Shown here one piece after another: positions 13,993 to 26,685 of a stretch of DNA of 64,000 bases. The notes below the pieces were generated by a model. That model was not told where the DNA came from. It made no database searches and saw only the letters and a program-made list of their open reading frames with translations. This DNA is from Octopus vulgaris (taxonomy: Eukaryota), in the NCBI GenBank assembly GCA_951406725.2, contig OX597816.1, positions 144,088,001 to 144,152,000 on the forward strand, written 5' to 3'. Both the position numbers and the translations under genes were made by a program. Positions within the stretch are counted from its first letter, which is position 1. Each line of letters begins with the position of its first letter.

Positions 13993-14595
13993 GGATGCCC
14001 TTCCTAAAGCCAACCACTCCAAGAGTGTAGTGGGTCCTTTTTACGTGCCACTGGCACAGGAGCCAGTCAGGCGGGCCTGGCATCAATCACATTCAGATGG
14101 TGCTTTTTACAGGCAACCGGCAAGGGAGCCAGTCAGGAAGCACTGGCCACAGCTACGATATTGGTTTTACTTGACTCAACAGGTCTTCTCAATCATATCA
14201 TATTGCCTGATGCATCAGGGGTATTCTTAACAGGGCCAGACATGCGTGGCTGCGATCTCACTTTAGTTTCCAGGTCTTCTCAATCACAGCATTATCTCCA
14301 AAGGCCCTGGTCTCCTGACATAGCCTCTGTGAAGCCCAATGATCGAAGGTCATGCTCCACTACCTCATCCCATGTCTTCCTGGGTCTACCTCTTCCACAG
14401 GTTCCTTCTAGAGTTAGGAAGTGGCACCTCCTAACACAGCTGTCCTCATTCATATGTAACACATGACCATACCAGCACAGACGCCTCTCTTGCACACAAC
14501 ATTTGATATTTCTTATGCCCAACTTTTCTCTCAGGGCACTTACATTCTGTCGTGTATGCACACTGACATAACACATCCAGCAGATCTTACTAGCT
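13993..14595 (-). mobile_element. RTE-like LINE 3' fragment
   Basis: ORF 14292-14576: LREKLGIRNIKCCVQERRLCWYGHV...GRGRPRKTWDEVVEHDL, a typical RTE C-terminus, followed by UTR repeats. Confidence 0.88.
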
Positions 14596-15451
14596 TACTT
14601 ACTAGCAGATCTTACTAGCTAAGAGTTCATATTCAGGTTTTAGTTGTTTATAACACAGTCATAGATAGGGCACATATAATAAACTTAGATAATAAACTTT
14701 AGAGAATTTAATCCAGTTGTGTTTCTACTGTAGCACTTATTACACACACTCACAAAATTCACATTCACTCTATCTAGTCAAATGGAAATTATTATTACTG
14801 CAATTCAACCAAAACTTTAGAAAACGCTTTTTTCAACAAAAAAAAAGTTTCTAAAGGATATCTCAAATTTCTCATTTTTTTTTTAATCCTAAGACAAGCC
14901 TGGGAGGACTGTGGCAACAGCACAGAAGAAATGATGTTTGACCAACAGATTGTGTCTCAAATGCTGAAAAGCTTTTTCTGTAGGATAGGCTTCCTCAAGA
15001 GAATGGTTTGTATTGATAACAATCAGGAAGTTATCAAACTTGCTACCAATACAACTACGAAAGTAAACAAAAATTCATTCCTCAAATTTGCAATTTGAAA
15101 TTATATTAATTCTACTTTATCCTATTTTAAAAATTTGAATGGTAATCATATTTTTATTCATTTATTTAAAATCTCAAGAGAAATTAAGATCTTAAATGTA
15201 TATATTATGCTGGGAAGTAAGAAGAGAGTATCATCATCATCATCATTTTACTGTCCATTTTTTGATTCTGCAATTGGTTAGATGGAGCTTTTTGAGGCAG
15301 ATACTCTATGGCCACATGTCCCTCCTATTGCCAATCCTCACCTGATAGCCAGAATTGTTTTTGCAGAATATTGGAAATGAATAACACCGATTGTACAACA
15401 ATGACACTCATTTCCAATTATCACAATGTCAAGACAAGGAAAAACAAATAC

Positions 15452-16290
15452 ATACAAGGTGTTTGGACTAAATTTGATGATTTTTTTTTATGTCTCCTTT
15501 TTGCCAGGAGCAGTCAACAGCATTGGAGAGCATAAAAATTAAAGTTGTGGTTGAGAAAAAGTTAACTGACATGGAGGGGTGGAAGATATCTGAATATTGA
15601 AAAAGAGCTACCTCTAACATAATGATTCATGTTGTGCATCAAAATGATGACATCATAACTGCTGTTCAATGCTCTGTGAACACTGTAAAAGCTGTAAGAT
15701 GTTACATAGACTGCTGCAACTGAGACTATGAAGGAAGGAAGCCAGTAGCCATTCTGGCTACATCTGCATGCTGGAATTTATCCTCAGATCTTTGAGTAGG
15801 ACCTTAGGCTCAATTCAGATGTCTATGTGAAGCTGCCTGAGACTGATCAATCCCTGACTGGAAAGGATTGCTGCTTGAATCCTGCCATATGTGTGGTAGC
15901 AGGATTGCAGCTCCTTGACATATCTCCAGAAAATGTCATAAGTAGTTGTCCAAAAATTTCCATAACTTCATCAGCTTCAGTTTCTGGCTATCTAATTCCT
16001 CTGATTGCCATCCCATGGGATTACTATGTGTGGTGTAAGACTGAGAATGAAACCAACTGCTCTGCCTGCAACACCAAGGTCAAGCTGACCCAAATCAAGG
16101 AGGTGTTCGAAAATCTTCCCAGGGACACAGTGAGGAATGCAATGCATCAGATTCTGGAGCTATCATGAGGTTGTGGTGGAAGGTGAGTGTGGTTACTTTA
16201 AGCAAACTGTTATCTCCCAGTCACACTCTAGTTAATATTTTTTTGATTTTTTAACAATACTTCTATTTAGGAAGACAACTTTTCTCACAC
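15452..16290 (+). mobile_element. Decayed Tc1/mariner (maT/DD37D-like) transposon
   Basis: C-terminal remnant FW.SNS.DC.P.DYYVW...IKEVFENLPRDTVRNA...VVEGECGYF; 5' end shared with the 55616 copy. Confidence 0.75.
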
Positions 16291-16471
16291 TAATGTCACC
16301 ACAGGCAACACCCAACTCAACAAGAATGATCATTAAAATTCATAACTTTAGTTATAATTGCATAAAAATAAACTGAGCAGAAATGACACATGGAAATATG
16401 TTTTTCATTTCAACACATGACATGGCAAAATAAATAAAATCCGTGATGATAATGATGATAAGAAATATATA

Positions 16472-16884
16472 ATGGGTCATGCCATAAATAATGCAGTTTT
16501 TTATACGCTTTTATTTTTCAAAATTAAGATAAAGTTCTTTTTTAATCTTTTTTATACTTTCCTTCATTTTCTACAATGCTCTTACATCTATCTAGTAGAC
16601 TTGCAAGGCGCCTCTTCCAAAATTCAATTATCTGTGATGAAAAATACTTCTCCAGTACTGTTCTAACCTTGTCTACAGAATTCATATTTTTTCTGTCCAA
16701 ATGATTTTGAAAAAATAACTTTTAAAATTGAACTGCACTCTTCAAAGCTTGCACTAAGAATAAGGACAAGATGAAATTACAATCTGCTTTTATATAGTAA
16801 GTTGATGCATGTAGTTTATACTGTCCTCCTCCAACTTTTAGTTCATGCAACTGAAAAAACTGCATTATTTATGGGATGATCCAA
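16472..16884 (-). mobile_element. Internally deleted mariner (MITE-like), same family as 11097-11690
   Basis: About 30-bp TIRs tgggtcatgccataaataatgcagtttttt / aaaaaactgcattatttatgggatgatcca; minus strand keeps the 5' UTR fused to C-terminus QNHLDRKNMNSVDKVRTVLEKYFSS...SIVENEGKY. Confidence 0.88.
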
Positions 16885-18050
16885 TGATATATAACTAATG
16901 TTTTTAATTCATAACTTTGTAGCAATAAATTGTACCAATAATTGTTAATATAAAATAAAAAGATTTTTTTTCGAAAATAGTTTCTTCAAAGATGATAGGG
17001 TTACATAACAAGAATACATTTGATCATAGAAGAACTTGATCAGAGCTGGTTTAGAAATAAAACAGCAAGACATGTTTGTTTATATTTCTAAACTGAATCC
17101 AAGCCGATGGCAATCAACTTCAGACTGTTAATTTTAATCATTAATCTTAATTCACATAAAAGTCTTATGTAGTTCCATTTCACATTTACTGAAGTCTTGA
17201 AAAATGGCATCAATTAGCATTACTATCAACATGACATACATACATACATATAGTTTTTATGTCTAGTTTGCCATGGTTGCATGGATCAGACAGAGGAGGC
17301 AGATTTTCTATGGCTGGACAGCCTTCCTGTTGCCAACTTTTACCTGTTTCCAAGGAAGGGAATATTTCCCTATGGATGACATGTTTTTTGCAGCATAATG
17401 GAAATGAATGACATTGCTTGTATGACAATGACACTCATTTACAAGTATCAAGTCAAAACAAGAAGATACAAATACACACATACACACACGTGCACAACTG
17501 GTTCAGTTTCTGTTTACTAAACCCACTCACAACATTTTGGCTGCCAAAATCCTCAGTCAAACCGTCCAACCCATGCCAGCATGGAAAGCAGACGTTAAAC
17601 TTTGACAACGACGATGATGATAGGTACAAGAAGGAGGGAGTTAGTTGATTAAATCATCCCAGTACTTAACACTAACATTTTGAGAAAGTGCTACACAGTG
17701 GGACTAAGCCTGAAGCCATGTAATTTGAAAGCAAACTTCTTAACCACGCAGCCACATACAGACATTTTTACATACATCACACAGTTACACACACACCAAA
17801 ACAGTTCTATGTAGACAAACAAGGAGATCAAGAAAGCATTTAAAAATAATTGAAAGAAAATTAATTGAACAAATATATTTGGGTTCTTTTTCTAAATGGA
17901 AAGCTATCTTGCATATTTTATATACATATATATCTAACATATACATACTTACTTATGCGTGTAGGTATGTATGGATATATATATATAAACGTATACATAT
18001 ATCATCATCATCGTTTAACGTCCGTTTTCCATGCTAGCATGGGTTGGACG

Positions 18051-18325
18051 AAAGTCGGATGAAGAATTGCATAAATACATACAGACAAATCAAAAAGTCT
18101 GAAGCTGATGAGATGACAGTTCACAATAATCTAAAGGGGAAGTCCTCAAATCCAAAATACAAATGAATCTTACGACCGTTTCCAGGAATGTGCAAAGAAG
18201 TGTGTGGGTAAATCCTTTTCAGCTTCAGTAATGCACATTTCCTTCATCTGAGAATATACATGGATTCAGAATTTTAAATAAAATCATAAAATTATTCATG
18301 ATACTGTAAGAATATGTTTAAGCTG
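18051..18325 (-). mobile_element. Left arm of fold-back (Penelope pseudo-LTR-like) element
   Basis: Reverse complement aligns with 22165-22183 plus 22426-22659; contains a hammerhead-like motif. Confidence 0.8.
18168..18253 (-). ncRNA. Hammerhead-ribozyme-like motif with mutated core (CAGAUGA)
   Basis: Minus: tct-CAGATGA-aggaaatgtgca...tgcacattcctg-GAAA-cggtcg-TA-aga. Confidence 0.55.
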
Positions 18326-18363
18326 ACATAAGTATTTTTCTACTTTAAAATTTTTCTCAATAT

Positions 18364-18526
18364 AGGCACAGGAGTAGCTGTGTGGTAAGTAGCTTGCTTA
18401 CCAACCATACGGTTCTGGGTTCAGTCCTATTATGTGGCACCTTGGGCAAGTGTCTTCTACTATAGCCGCAGGCCAACTTAAGCCTTGTGAGTGGATTTGG
18501 TAGATGGAAACTGAAAGTAGCCTGTC

Positions 18527-18570
<44 letters not shown>

Positions 18571-18765
18571 GTATATATGTTTGTGTGTCTGGGAATGTCC
18601 CTCAACATTTCTTGACAACTGATGCTGGTGCGTTTACGTCCCCCATAACTTAGCAGTTCAGCAAAAGAAACTGATAGAATAAGTCCTGGGGTCGATTTGC
18701 TCGACTAAAGGTCGTGGTTCCAGCAAGGCCACAGTCAAATGACTGAAACAAGTAAAAGAGAGTAT
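18364..18765 (+). mobile_element. Full-length tRNA-derived SINE with internal (TA)n/(TG)n
   Basis: ggagtagctgtgtggtaag...ggttcagtcc head; 3' part ...ggggtcgatttgctcgactaaagg...aaatgactgaaacaagtaaaagagag. Confidence 0.88.
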
Positions 18766-18782
18766 AATAATTATTTAATCTA

Positions 18783-21700
18783 TCATCATCATCATTGTTC
18801 GACCGTGGTCGAGACAATGGAATTTACCATGTTGCGCCAGACTTCACGGTCCATCATAGCATTACGGAGGTCCTGTTGCTGGATGCCTGTATCCCTGGAG
18901 ATTACATCAGGGTAGGAGAGTGTGCGCCCTCTGGTGTTGCGAGTAGATGGCTTCCAGAGGAGAAGAGTAGAAATTACTTCTTTTTCAGCTCTACAACAAT
19001 GTCCAGCAAACTGGACTCTCCTACCCTTCACAAGAGATGACACAGGTGGTAATTTCCCATATATTTGCATTTTAGTTGGATGGCGCCTCCACGAGAGATT
19101 TTGAGCTCTCATAAGGAGGCGAGTGTAGGTTCCATCCAACCGCCTCTCAAGCTTCTTTGATAACGTCCAGGTTTCTGAGCCATATAGTAGGATTGGTTCG
19201 ACTGTGGCTTTGAATATTTCAAGTTTGAAGTCTCTACTTAGATTTGATGACCAGATCTTATGCATGTCATTACAGGCTGACCAGGCCATACCCTTTCTAG
19301 TTAGAAAGTCTTTTCCAGATGATGATATGTATGACCCAAGATATTTATAATCAGAAACCATATTTAAAGGTGCACTGTTGAGAGTGTGGATGATGCAATC
19401 ACTGTTGGACAGGCACTTGTTTATGTATTCAGTTTTGGTCTCATTAAGGTAAAGACCTACACAATTTGAGGCTTGTTCAAGAGATTGTAAAAGAGACTGG
19501 GCATTGGAGAGAGAATCACTGATAAGAGCGATGTCGTCAGCAAAGTCAGTGTCTGTCAAGTACTCAGCTGGGTGTCTGGAACTTCTTCTTGGTTTTATTT
19601 CAAAGCCCTTGCCAGAGATGGTATCAACTGACATACGTAGCACATAATCAACAACAATGATGAAAAGAAATGGGGCGAGTGTGTCTCCCTGCAGTATTCC
19701 GGCCTCAATCGAGAAAGATGATGTTTTTCCATCAGGGGTTAAGATGGTTGAAGACGTATCTGTGTAGAGGACCTTGATGGCAGAAATAATTTTGTCTGGT
19801 ATCCCATAGAGCTTAAGGATTTCAAACATCTTGCACCTATCTACAGAATCGAACGCTTTAGAAAAGTCTACAAATACCATTGCAAGATCGCGATTAAATG
19901 CTTTTGATTCTTCAATAAGTCTGCGCAGGCATAGTATCTGGCTCAGCGTTGAGCGCCCATGTCTGAATCCATTTTGGTTCTTTCGGAGCAAAGGTTCAAC
20001 AAAAAGGACAAGACAATTTAGGATCAGTTTGTTGTACAGTTTTGCAGCAATTGACATTAGAGATATGCCCCTGTAGTTGGTGACGAGGACAAATCGCCTT
20101 TTTTGGGTATTGGAATGATTTGAGACTGGTGCCAAATCTTTGGAGCGACAAAGGTGGAAAGTGTGTGGTTGCAGAGGTTAAGCAAAAGTGTGTGAAATCT
20201 ATCATCCTTCCAAATCACAGCCGGAATGTTGTCGGGACCAAATGCTTTCGAGGCTTTTAGTTGCTTGGTGGCTGCTGTTAGTTCAAATATGGTAAAAGGG
20301 GAGGTGTTGATGTCCAGCGTGTCTGATATAGGCACACTTGGGAGAGTGGGGTTATCAGGGATTTTGGCATTCTTCCCAAGGAGGTTTTTAAAATGGGTTG
20401 ACCAATTTTCTAAACGCTTCTTAGCTGATCCCCCTTTAATTCTAATTGATGACCCAGAATTTTTGCCTGATAGGTCTTTGATGGATTTCCAGGCGAGATG
20501 GTGTTTTTTACTAATGTGCTCTTTCGATAGTTTACTAATTTTGCCATTGATAAATTTGACCTCGGCGTTCAAGTAAGCCTCATCAAGATTCTTCCTGGCA
20601 GCTATGAGTTGGATCTTCAGTGACTGGGATGGAGAACGGTGGTAAGCTAGTGATATAGACTTTAGATGGTTTCTGGCTTCGATGACATTTGGGGAATTAG
20701 AAGGTTTGCTCTGGCCCCTACTCTTCCTTTTGGGAAGAGTAGCCAGTGCAACTTTCTCTGTTGATTTGATGAGGCTGCTGTATACTTCCTCAATGTTCTC
20801 AGCATCTATTTCAGAAGTAGACAGAGATTGAAATTTGTTATAGACCTCAATAGTAAATTGTTTGGACATATCGGGGTTAGATAAGACTTCCTCCCAGTCG
20901 ATCATTTTGATCGGGTGAGGCTTAGTTTTTTTGGATGAGCGAAGACTAAGCTTAACGGTAGCTGATACAATTCTGTGGTCAGAGCCGACAGAACTAAAGG
21001 AAGAGTAGGATCTCAAGTCCTTAACACTATTGCGCCATTTCTTTCGAAAGATGAGGTAGTCAATTTGTGCCCTATCACCAAGTGGGGACTCAAATGTCCA
21101 AAGTTGACCTTTTGGTTTCATAAAAGAATTGTTGGAGGTGTAGAGATTAAATTCCTCCAAGAAGTCTTTGAGCATTTCTCCGTTCCGATTGGTTTTAGAG
21201 TTGAAAGTAAACTTGGTCTCATCGGGTCCTAGTCTAGCATTCAGATCACCAGCTATAACCAGAAAATTATGGAGAGGTACTTGCTCAATGGTTGAACGAA
21301 GGGTTGTATAGAAATTTTCAATTTCGTCTGCCACAGACGAATTATGTGGGCTATACACACATACCAATGTTGTTTTTGGGTTTCCATCTATCTCAAGCAC
21401 CATAATTCTAGGTGAGATTGACTCTATACTCAAGAGAGTATCACTAGCCTTTGATGAAAGTAGAAATCCGATACCTCCAACTGTTGAATTAACAGTATTC
21501 TTTGATGCTGAGGAGGTTACAAGTTGATAAGAACCGACTTGATGGTATTTGAGGATGTTGTCAGGGTGGTAAAATCGGTGTTCTTGGACAGCTATTATAT
21601 CAATGCCATGTGATTCTGCATTTGCACCAAGTTCTTCTAGACGGCCAAGAGAGCCGAGGGTGCGGGCATTGAGGGTGCTGAGTATCGTATGATTTTTACA

Positions 21701-22128
21701 GCTGATGAGGTGTTTGTTTGGTGTTGTTTGGTTGGGGGCTGACTCTTCTCCATCAGGTGATACCCGTCTGTTAAGATTGAGGGCATCACCGTCAATGGAT
21801 GCCCTTGGAGGTGCAACATGATCAGAGACAGGACCCGGCACAGCAGGGGCTGGACCTACATCCGCAGGTATACCATTAGGTCTGGTTCCCTGGGGAAGAG
21901 GAACCCTGGTGCAGTAAATTGTAAATTCCATAGTCTTTTCAAATGGCTAATAATGTGTGCGCGCGCCACTACTACACACATTGGAAAGCATTGTACAACC
22001 AAGTACTAAAGAAGATCTTTCCTCCTCCATGAAACAAAGCTGTTCCCGCTGGACGTCAACCCAGTACTTCTAAGCTACACACTTTAGTTGTACACTATGA
22101 ACATTTGTCCAATGACCTGGAATCCAGG
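18783..22128 (-). mobile_element. Near-full-length RTE-superfamily (RTE-X-like) LINE; 5' boundary approximate
   Basis: Single APE-RT ORF, about 200-bp 5' UTR, (TGA)n tail starting at the stop codon. Confidence 0.93.
18792..21931 (-). CDS. LINE ORF: APE endonuclease + reverse transcriptase (about 1046 aa if the 1-nt deletion at 20087-20088 is restored)
   Basis: APE motifs TLNART, VQEHR, GDLNA, QIDY, SDH; RT motifs PKKGDL/NYRGISL, QNGFR, DFSKAFDS, QGDTLAP, FADD, YKYLG; the two track ORFs join as PKKGDLSLVTNYRG with one extra C. Confidence 0.92.
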
Positions 22129-22183
22129 AATTTATGAAAATTTTATACTTGTATATAATTACAACAGCTTAAACATATTCTTA

Positions 22184-22410
22184 TTTCTTTATTGCTCACA
22201 AGGGGCTAAACACAGAGGGGACGAACAAGGACAGACAAAGGGATTAAGTTGATTATATCGACCCCAGTGCGTAACTGGTACTTAATTTATTGACCCTGAA
22301 AGGATGAAAGGCAAAGTTGACCTCGGCAGAATTTGAACTCAGTGTAGCGGCAGACGAAATACCGCTAAGCATTTTGCCCGGCGTGCTAACATTTCTGCTA
22401 ACTCGACGCC
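22184..22410 (-). mobile_element. Nin/Deu-type SINE, full length, with 15-bp TSD
   Basis: TSD ttaaacatattctta at 22169-22183 and 22411-22425. Confidence 0.92.
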
Positions 22411-22478
22411 TTAAACATATTCTTACAATATCATGAATGATTTTATAACTTTATTTAAAATTCTGAATCCATGTGTAT

Positions 22479-22563
22479 TCTCTGATGAAGGAAATGTGGA
22501 TTATTGAAATGAAAAGGATTTTCCTACATACTTCTTTGCATATTCCTGGAAACGGCTGTAAGA
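22479..22563 (+). ncRNA. Hammerhead ribozyme candidate (minimal type I)
   Basis: tct-CTGATGA(22482)-aggaaatgtg...catattcctg-GAAA(22549)-cggctg-TA(22560)-aga; core intact, stem I short. Confidence 0.62.
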
Positions 22564-25171
22564 TTCTTTTGTATTTTGGATTATTTTGAATCGTCACCTC
22601 ATCAGCTTGAGACTTTTTGATTTGTCTGTATGTCTTTATGCAATCCTCCATCTGACTTTGATTTGGGCATGGAATTACACTATAATATGTATATATATGT
22701 TTTTATGCTATATGTTCACATATCTATAACGGCTTATATATACCCTCTGTGCTCAGATATATGTTGGCTTTCATGAGAAATATTATCGACCCCGAAATTT
22801 GTCTCTAATTGATACTATGTATGTGTGTGTGTATATGTATGTATGTATACATACATATACAGACATGTATACACACATATACACACACTTTTTCAGCATA
22901 TCCAAGAATTACATCACATTACATTGCTGTTTCAATAATTTCACACTTCTACTAGTTAAGAAAAGAATATCACAGATAATTTTTTTTTTTTCTCTTGCTT
23001 TACTTTGGTGCAGGTGTTTCACATTAAAAGAGCTCTTCCTAATACCAATTCTTATGATCTTAAAACCTATATTAGATAACTAGTTTCTAGACAGAGCTAG
23101 GAGTTGCAAACTGGAGCAAATTCTGTACCTTGCAATGCTTTATTACAAATGCAAAAGGGAGACACCGACATTTGATTTCTGAGTCACATAACAACAATAC
23201 TTTTAACTACAGCAGCCCTTTGCTTTGTGTGTAGCTAGCAGTGTTTGTGTACGTTTTGATTGGTTATTGTCAATAAACAGCACAGACAGAAACATACAGA
23301 CAATAGCTTTTAAAAACACAAAAAAAATAATTTTCTCCTTTTGTTAGTGCTTATAAAGTATAGAGATGGGAGTAGTGACAAAGTATGTGCCGGAGGTGGG
23401 AGTGTGAAGGGAGTAGCTTTCGAGGGATTGGGAGATGATTTCTGGCAAACTGGGCTGACTTTCACACGCAGCTAAATAAATAAATAAGAGAGGGTGATGA
23501 TAATGAGAAATAAGATAACTATGTAGAGGGATGAACTTGTGCTAATAGGTACAAATAAGGGAGAGGAAAGAGGTTCAGAAGGTAAGGAATTACACATCAG
23601 TAAAATAGGGGAGCTCTCTTGAAAATGCATTGTGTGTGATCATTCATGTATGCGTCTGTGTGTGTGCATGCATGCATGTGTGAACTCATGCATAAAATTT
23701 TCTTTATATTGTGTGCAGGCTGTAGAGGGAAAAAAAAAAGGATGGAAAAATACGATTACTTATGAAATTTGGTAATTGTACTAAAGAACTGAACCAATGA
23801 GAAAATTAAGGATTTGAGCAATAAATATATAACGAAAGCATGTCTCATAACATATTTGTTCTAAACATAAGAATGAGTGCTAAGAAGGAAAGTAAGCACG
23901 GCAAAGAGATAAAAATAACATATATATACACAAAGAACCAGACAGTAAGGGGAAGAGGAATGACAGAAGCAGAAAATGAGAAGGCAGCAAGATTAAGAAA
24001 TGTTGGTATGAGAGGAGGAGAGAGAGAGAGAAAATGGAAACGGGAGGAAGGGAGTTAAATTCTTTTCTTTTGTTAAATGCCGATAATGGCATTAGAGATA
24101 GATTTCTGAATGTTTCTCAAAGAAAGGCCACAGTGAGAGGAAAGAAAGAAGAAAGAACTGTGATAGGTTCTGAATAAATATCGTTGGTTTAGTTATTCTT
24201 TGAAAATGGTGAGATTCTGTAGGAGTCGTTGCTGTTTTTAATTCCTTTTATAAAGTAAACTTCTATTTACTTTCAATTTAAAACTGAAACTTTCAGCCAG
24301 ATTCATTTTCTAAATTCTTCTACCATAAGATGTTTTTGTTTTTAATTCTACCTTTTTTGCTTGTTTTTTTTTGTTTTTTTTTCCAGCCATATTCCAGTTT
24401 TCTTAAATGTCTATTTATACACTATTTACTTATTTTTGTTGCTTTTTAACCCTTAGTACGTGTTAATAGAGCAGACCTATGATCAATTGCATTCCAGCCA
24501 TGACAATCCCATCTTTTACTCTGTGTAAAATGCACTTCAGATCACATTATTCGATATGTTCTTTGATAAGACAAAACGGTGTAATTTGATTGAGTGTTTG
24601 GTTGCCGTTTCTAGCAAAACAAGAAACAACAGATACACTCGCTGAAATGTTAACAGTGGATATGGTTGATGCCATTCAACTGCAATGTCTCTTTGTTCTG
24701 TTCAATTTTATTTGCTTTCCAGGCACACTTAATCACTTGTCATTGTTGAACAGAGTGTAAGAGAGGAAGGATGGAGGACAGGATGATAAATAAATAAGGA
24801 ATCCTTATTTTTAAGTTCAATACAATATCGTGCTCTAAACCACATTGTTTCAACACGGTTTAAATTGCAGCTTCCATAACGAAATCATGTAAGTGTAGAC
24901 GTTTAAACGCAAACACTTATATAATCAAATCAAGGAGTTTGCAACATTAAGTTGACCTTGGTGAGCACAATTTGTACAATCACCCTCCATTCGGACATAA
25001 GAAATAACAGCCAAATCTTCCTCAAATCACAACATGTTTTGGAAAAGGAAAGGTGACATAGAATAATAATGTCATCCTAGACACCATTTTGACAGGGTGG
25101 TCATGACAATAACATCTATAATCTTAGATCTGATCGCTTAATATTGACCTAGGCTTAAACAATATGAAACT

Positions 25172-25311
25172 TGAGTCAAATTCCGCCGAGGTCGACTTTG
25201 CCTTTCATCCTTCTGGGGTCGATAAATTAAGTACCAGTTGCGTACTGGAGTCGATCTAATCGACTGGCCCCATCCTACAAAATTTCGGGCCTTGTGCCTA
25301 GAGTAGAAAAG
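25172..25311 (+). mobile_element. 5'-truncated Nin/Deu-type SINE with TSD
   Basis: Core ttccgccgaggtcgactttgcctttcatcc; flanking aatatgaaacttgagt at 25161-25176 and 25312-25327. Confidence 0.85.
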
Positions 25312-26217
25312 AATATGAAACTTGAGTTTAAAAGGGAACCTCTACATCAGTCATGCGTTACTTTCTGAATGGTACACCCATGAAAATTATATTTTAAGCA
25401 TGCCTGATAATCAATCAACAATTACTCATGTAGCCTGCTTCTCAAAAGAGGTTGTTTATGCCTGGTTGCTTAACACAATAGAAACAGAAGCAAAGTCACA
25501 CTTAATTACAAGTCGACCCTCTTTTTTTCTTTTCTTTTTTTTTTTCTCACAAAAAAGGACACATGACAGACTGTAGTCCAAGATACACTGAGAGCAAGCA
25601 ACAATAACATCAGACAACTACCACACGTGTCTAAACATTACAAAATAATTCCAACAATAGCCATCTGGAGAGATATAATGATACTTCTGGCAAGGCAGGC
25701 ACAAAATTACTGTCTGTAGGGAAGGGTAAGGATTTATAGGTGCAAGCATGGCTGTGTGGTTAAGTTTGTTTTCCAACCACATGGCCTTAGATTCAGGCCT
25801 ACTGTGCAACTCCTTTGACAAGTGCTTCCCTCAGGTTGACCAATACCTTGTTAGTTGCAGGGAGACCTATTGTGTGTGTATGTATCTATTTAATAACCAA
25901 TATAAAATGTGGGCTATTTGATTTCTCAAGTCAAGCTTTACATGGTATAGAGAGAGGGGAGAAAAGTAAAAGAGAGATACAGAGTTAACACAACAAGTGT
26001 AGGAGGGGTGCACACACTAGGCTTGGTGGTAGGCAATGAGTAAAGGAATACTATACACATATACAGTAAGAAAGAATCATAGAGATAAAGGAGGAAGAGG
26101 GAGCAGATAACTAATAAATATTTTTGTTTTGAAAATGTGTGTTCATTTCATCATTTTGTATGTACAAGAAATTTAATAAAATTTAGAATAAATGTATACC
26201 ATATTTCTTGATATTAC

Positions 26218-26271
26218 CTATAGTAGATAAATATACTTCCAAAGTTAGCCCATCAGATGATGAGTAACACT
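26218..26271 (-). CDS. Candidate 54-nt coding exon (phase 1-1; CYSSSDGLTLEVYLSTI)
   Basis: tag|...ACTATAG|gtaata; phase-compatible with 28078-28144; acceptor tract weak. Confidence 0.22.
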
Positions 26272-26296
26272 CTAATATATACGTATACTACATATA

Positions 26297-26607
26297 TATA
26301 TAATATGTACATAAATTAGAAAAAACCCACTATTACATAATTCAAACAGTGATAGACATAAACCAAATCATAAAAACATATATTATAAAACATATAACTA
26401 GATCACAAAAAGTACAAAAAATTGAATAAACAATATATAATATATACATACGTAGTCTTTTTACTTATTATATATTGTTTATTTTTTTTTAAACTTTTTG
26501 TGATCTAGTTCTATGTTTTATAATATATTTTTTTATGATTTGGTTTATGTCTATCATTGTTTGAATTACATAATAGTGGTTTTTCTCTAATTTATATATA
26601 TTATATA
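26297..26607. repeat. Long fold-back hairpin, about 145-bp arms and 25-nt loop
   Basis: gatagacataaaccaaatcataaaaa...actagatcacaaaaagt pairs with actttttgtgatctagt...ttttatgatttggtttatgtctatc. Confidence 0.92.
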
Positions 26608-26685
26608 TTTATATTGTGAAATTTGATTTAATACTAAATTGAATTTTTCCCTGTAAGTTTGGAGTTATACTCCCTAATATTATTT

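Larger units (their letters stand above)
22165..22800 (+). mobile_element. Right arm of fold-back (Penelope pseudo-LTR-like) element, interrupted by a SINE
   Basis: Inverted copy of 18051-18325 up to 22659; extension to about 22800 is inferred. Confidence 0.75.

Noticed and set aside
20080-20105. Programmed ribosomal frameshift in the LINE
   Set aside because: RTE elements use one continuous ORF; a single C restores the conserved KKGDLS..NYRG motif, so mutation or sequencing error is simpler.
18795-22009. Plus-strand ORFs antisense to the LINE
   Set aside because: Shadow ORFs of the real minus-strand frame.
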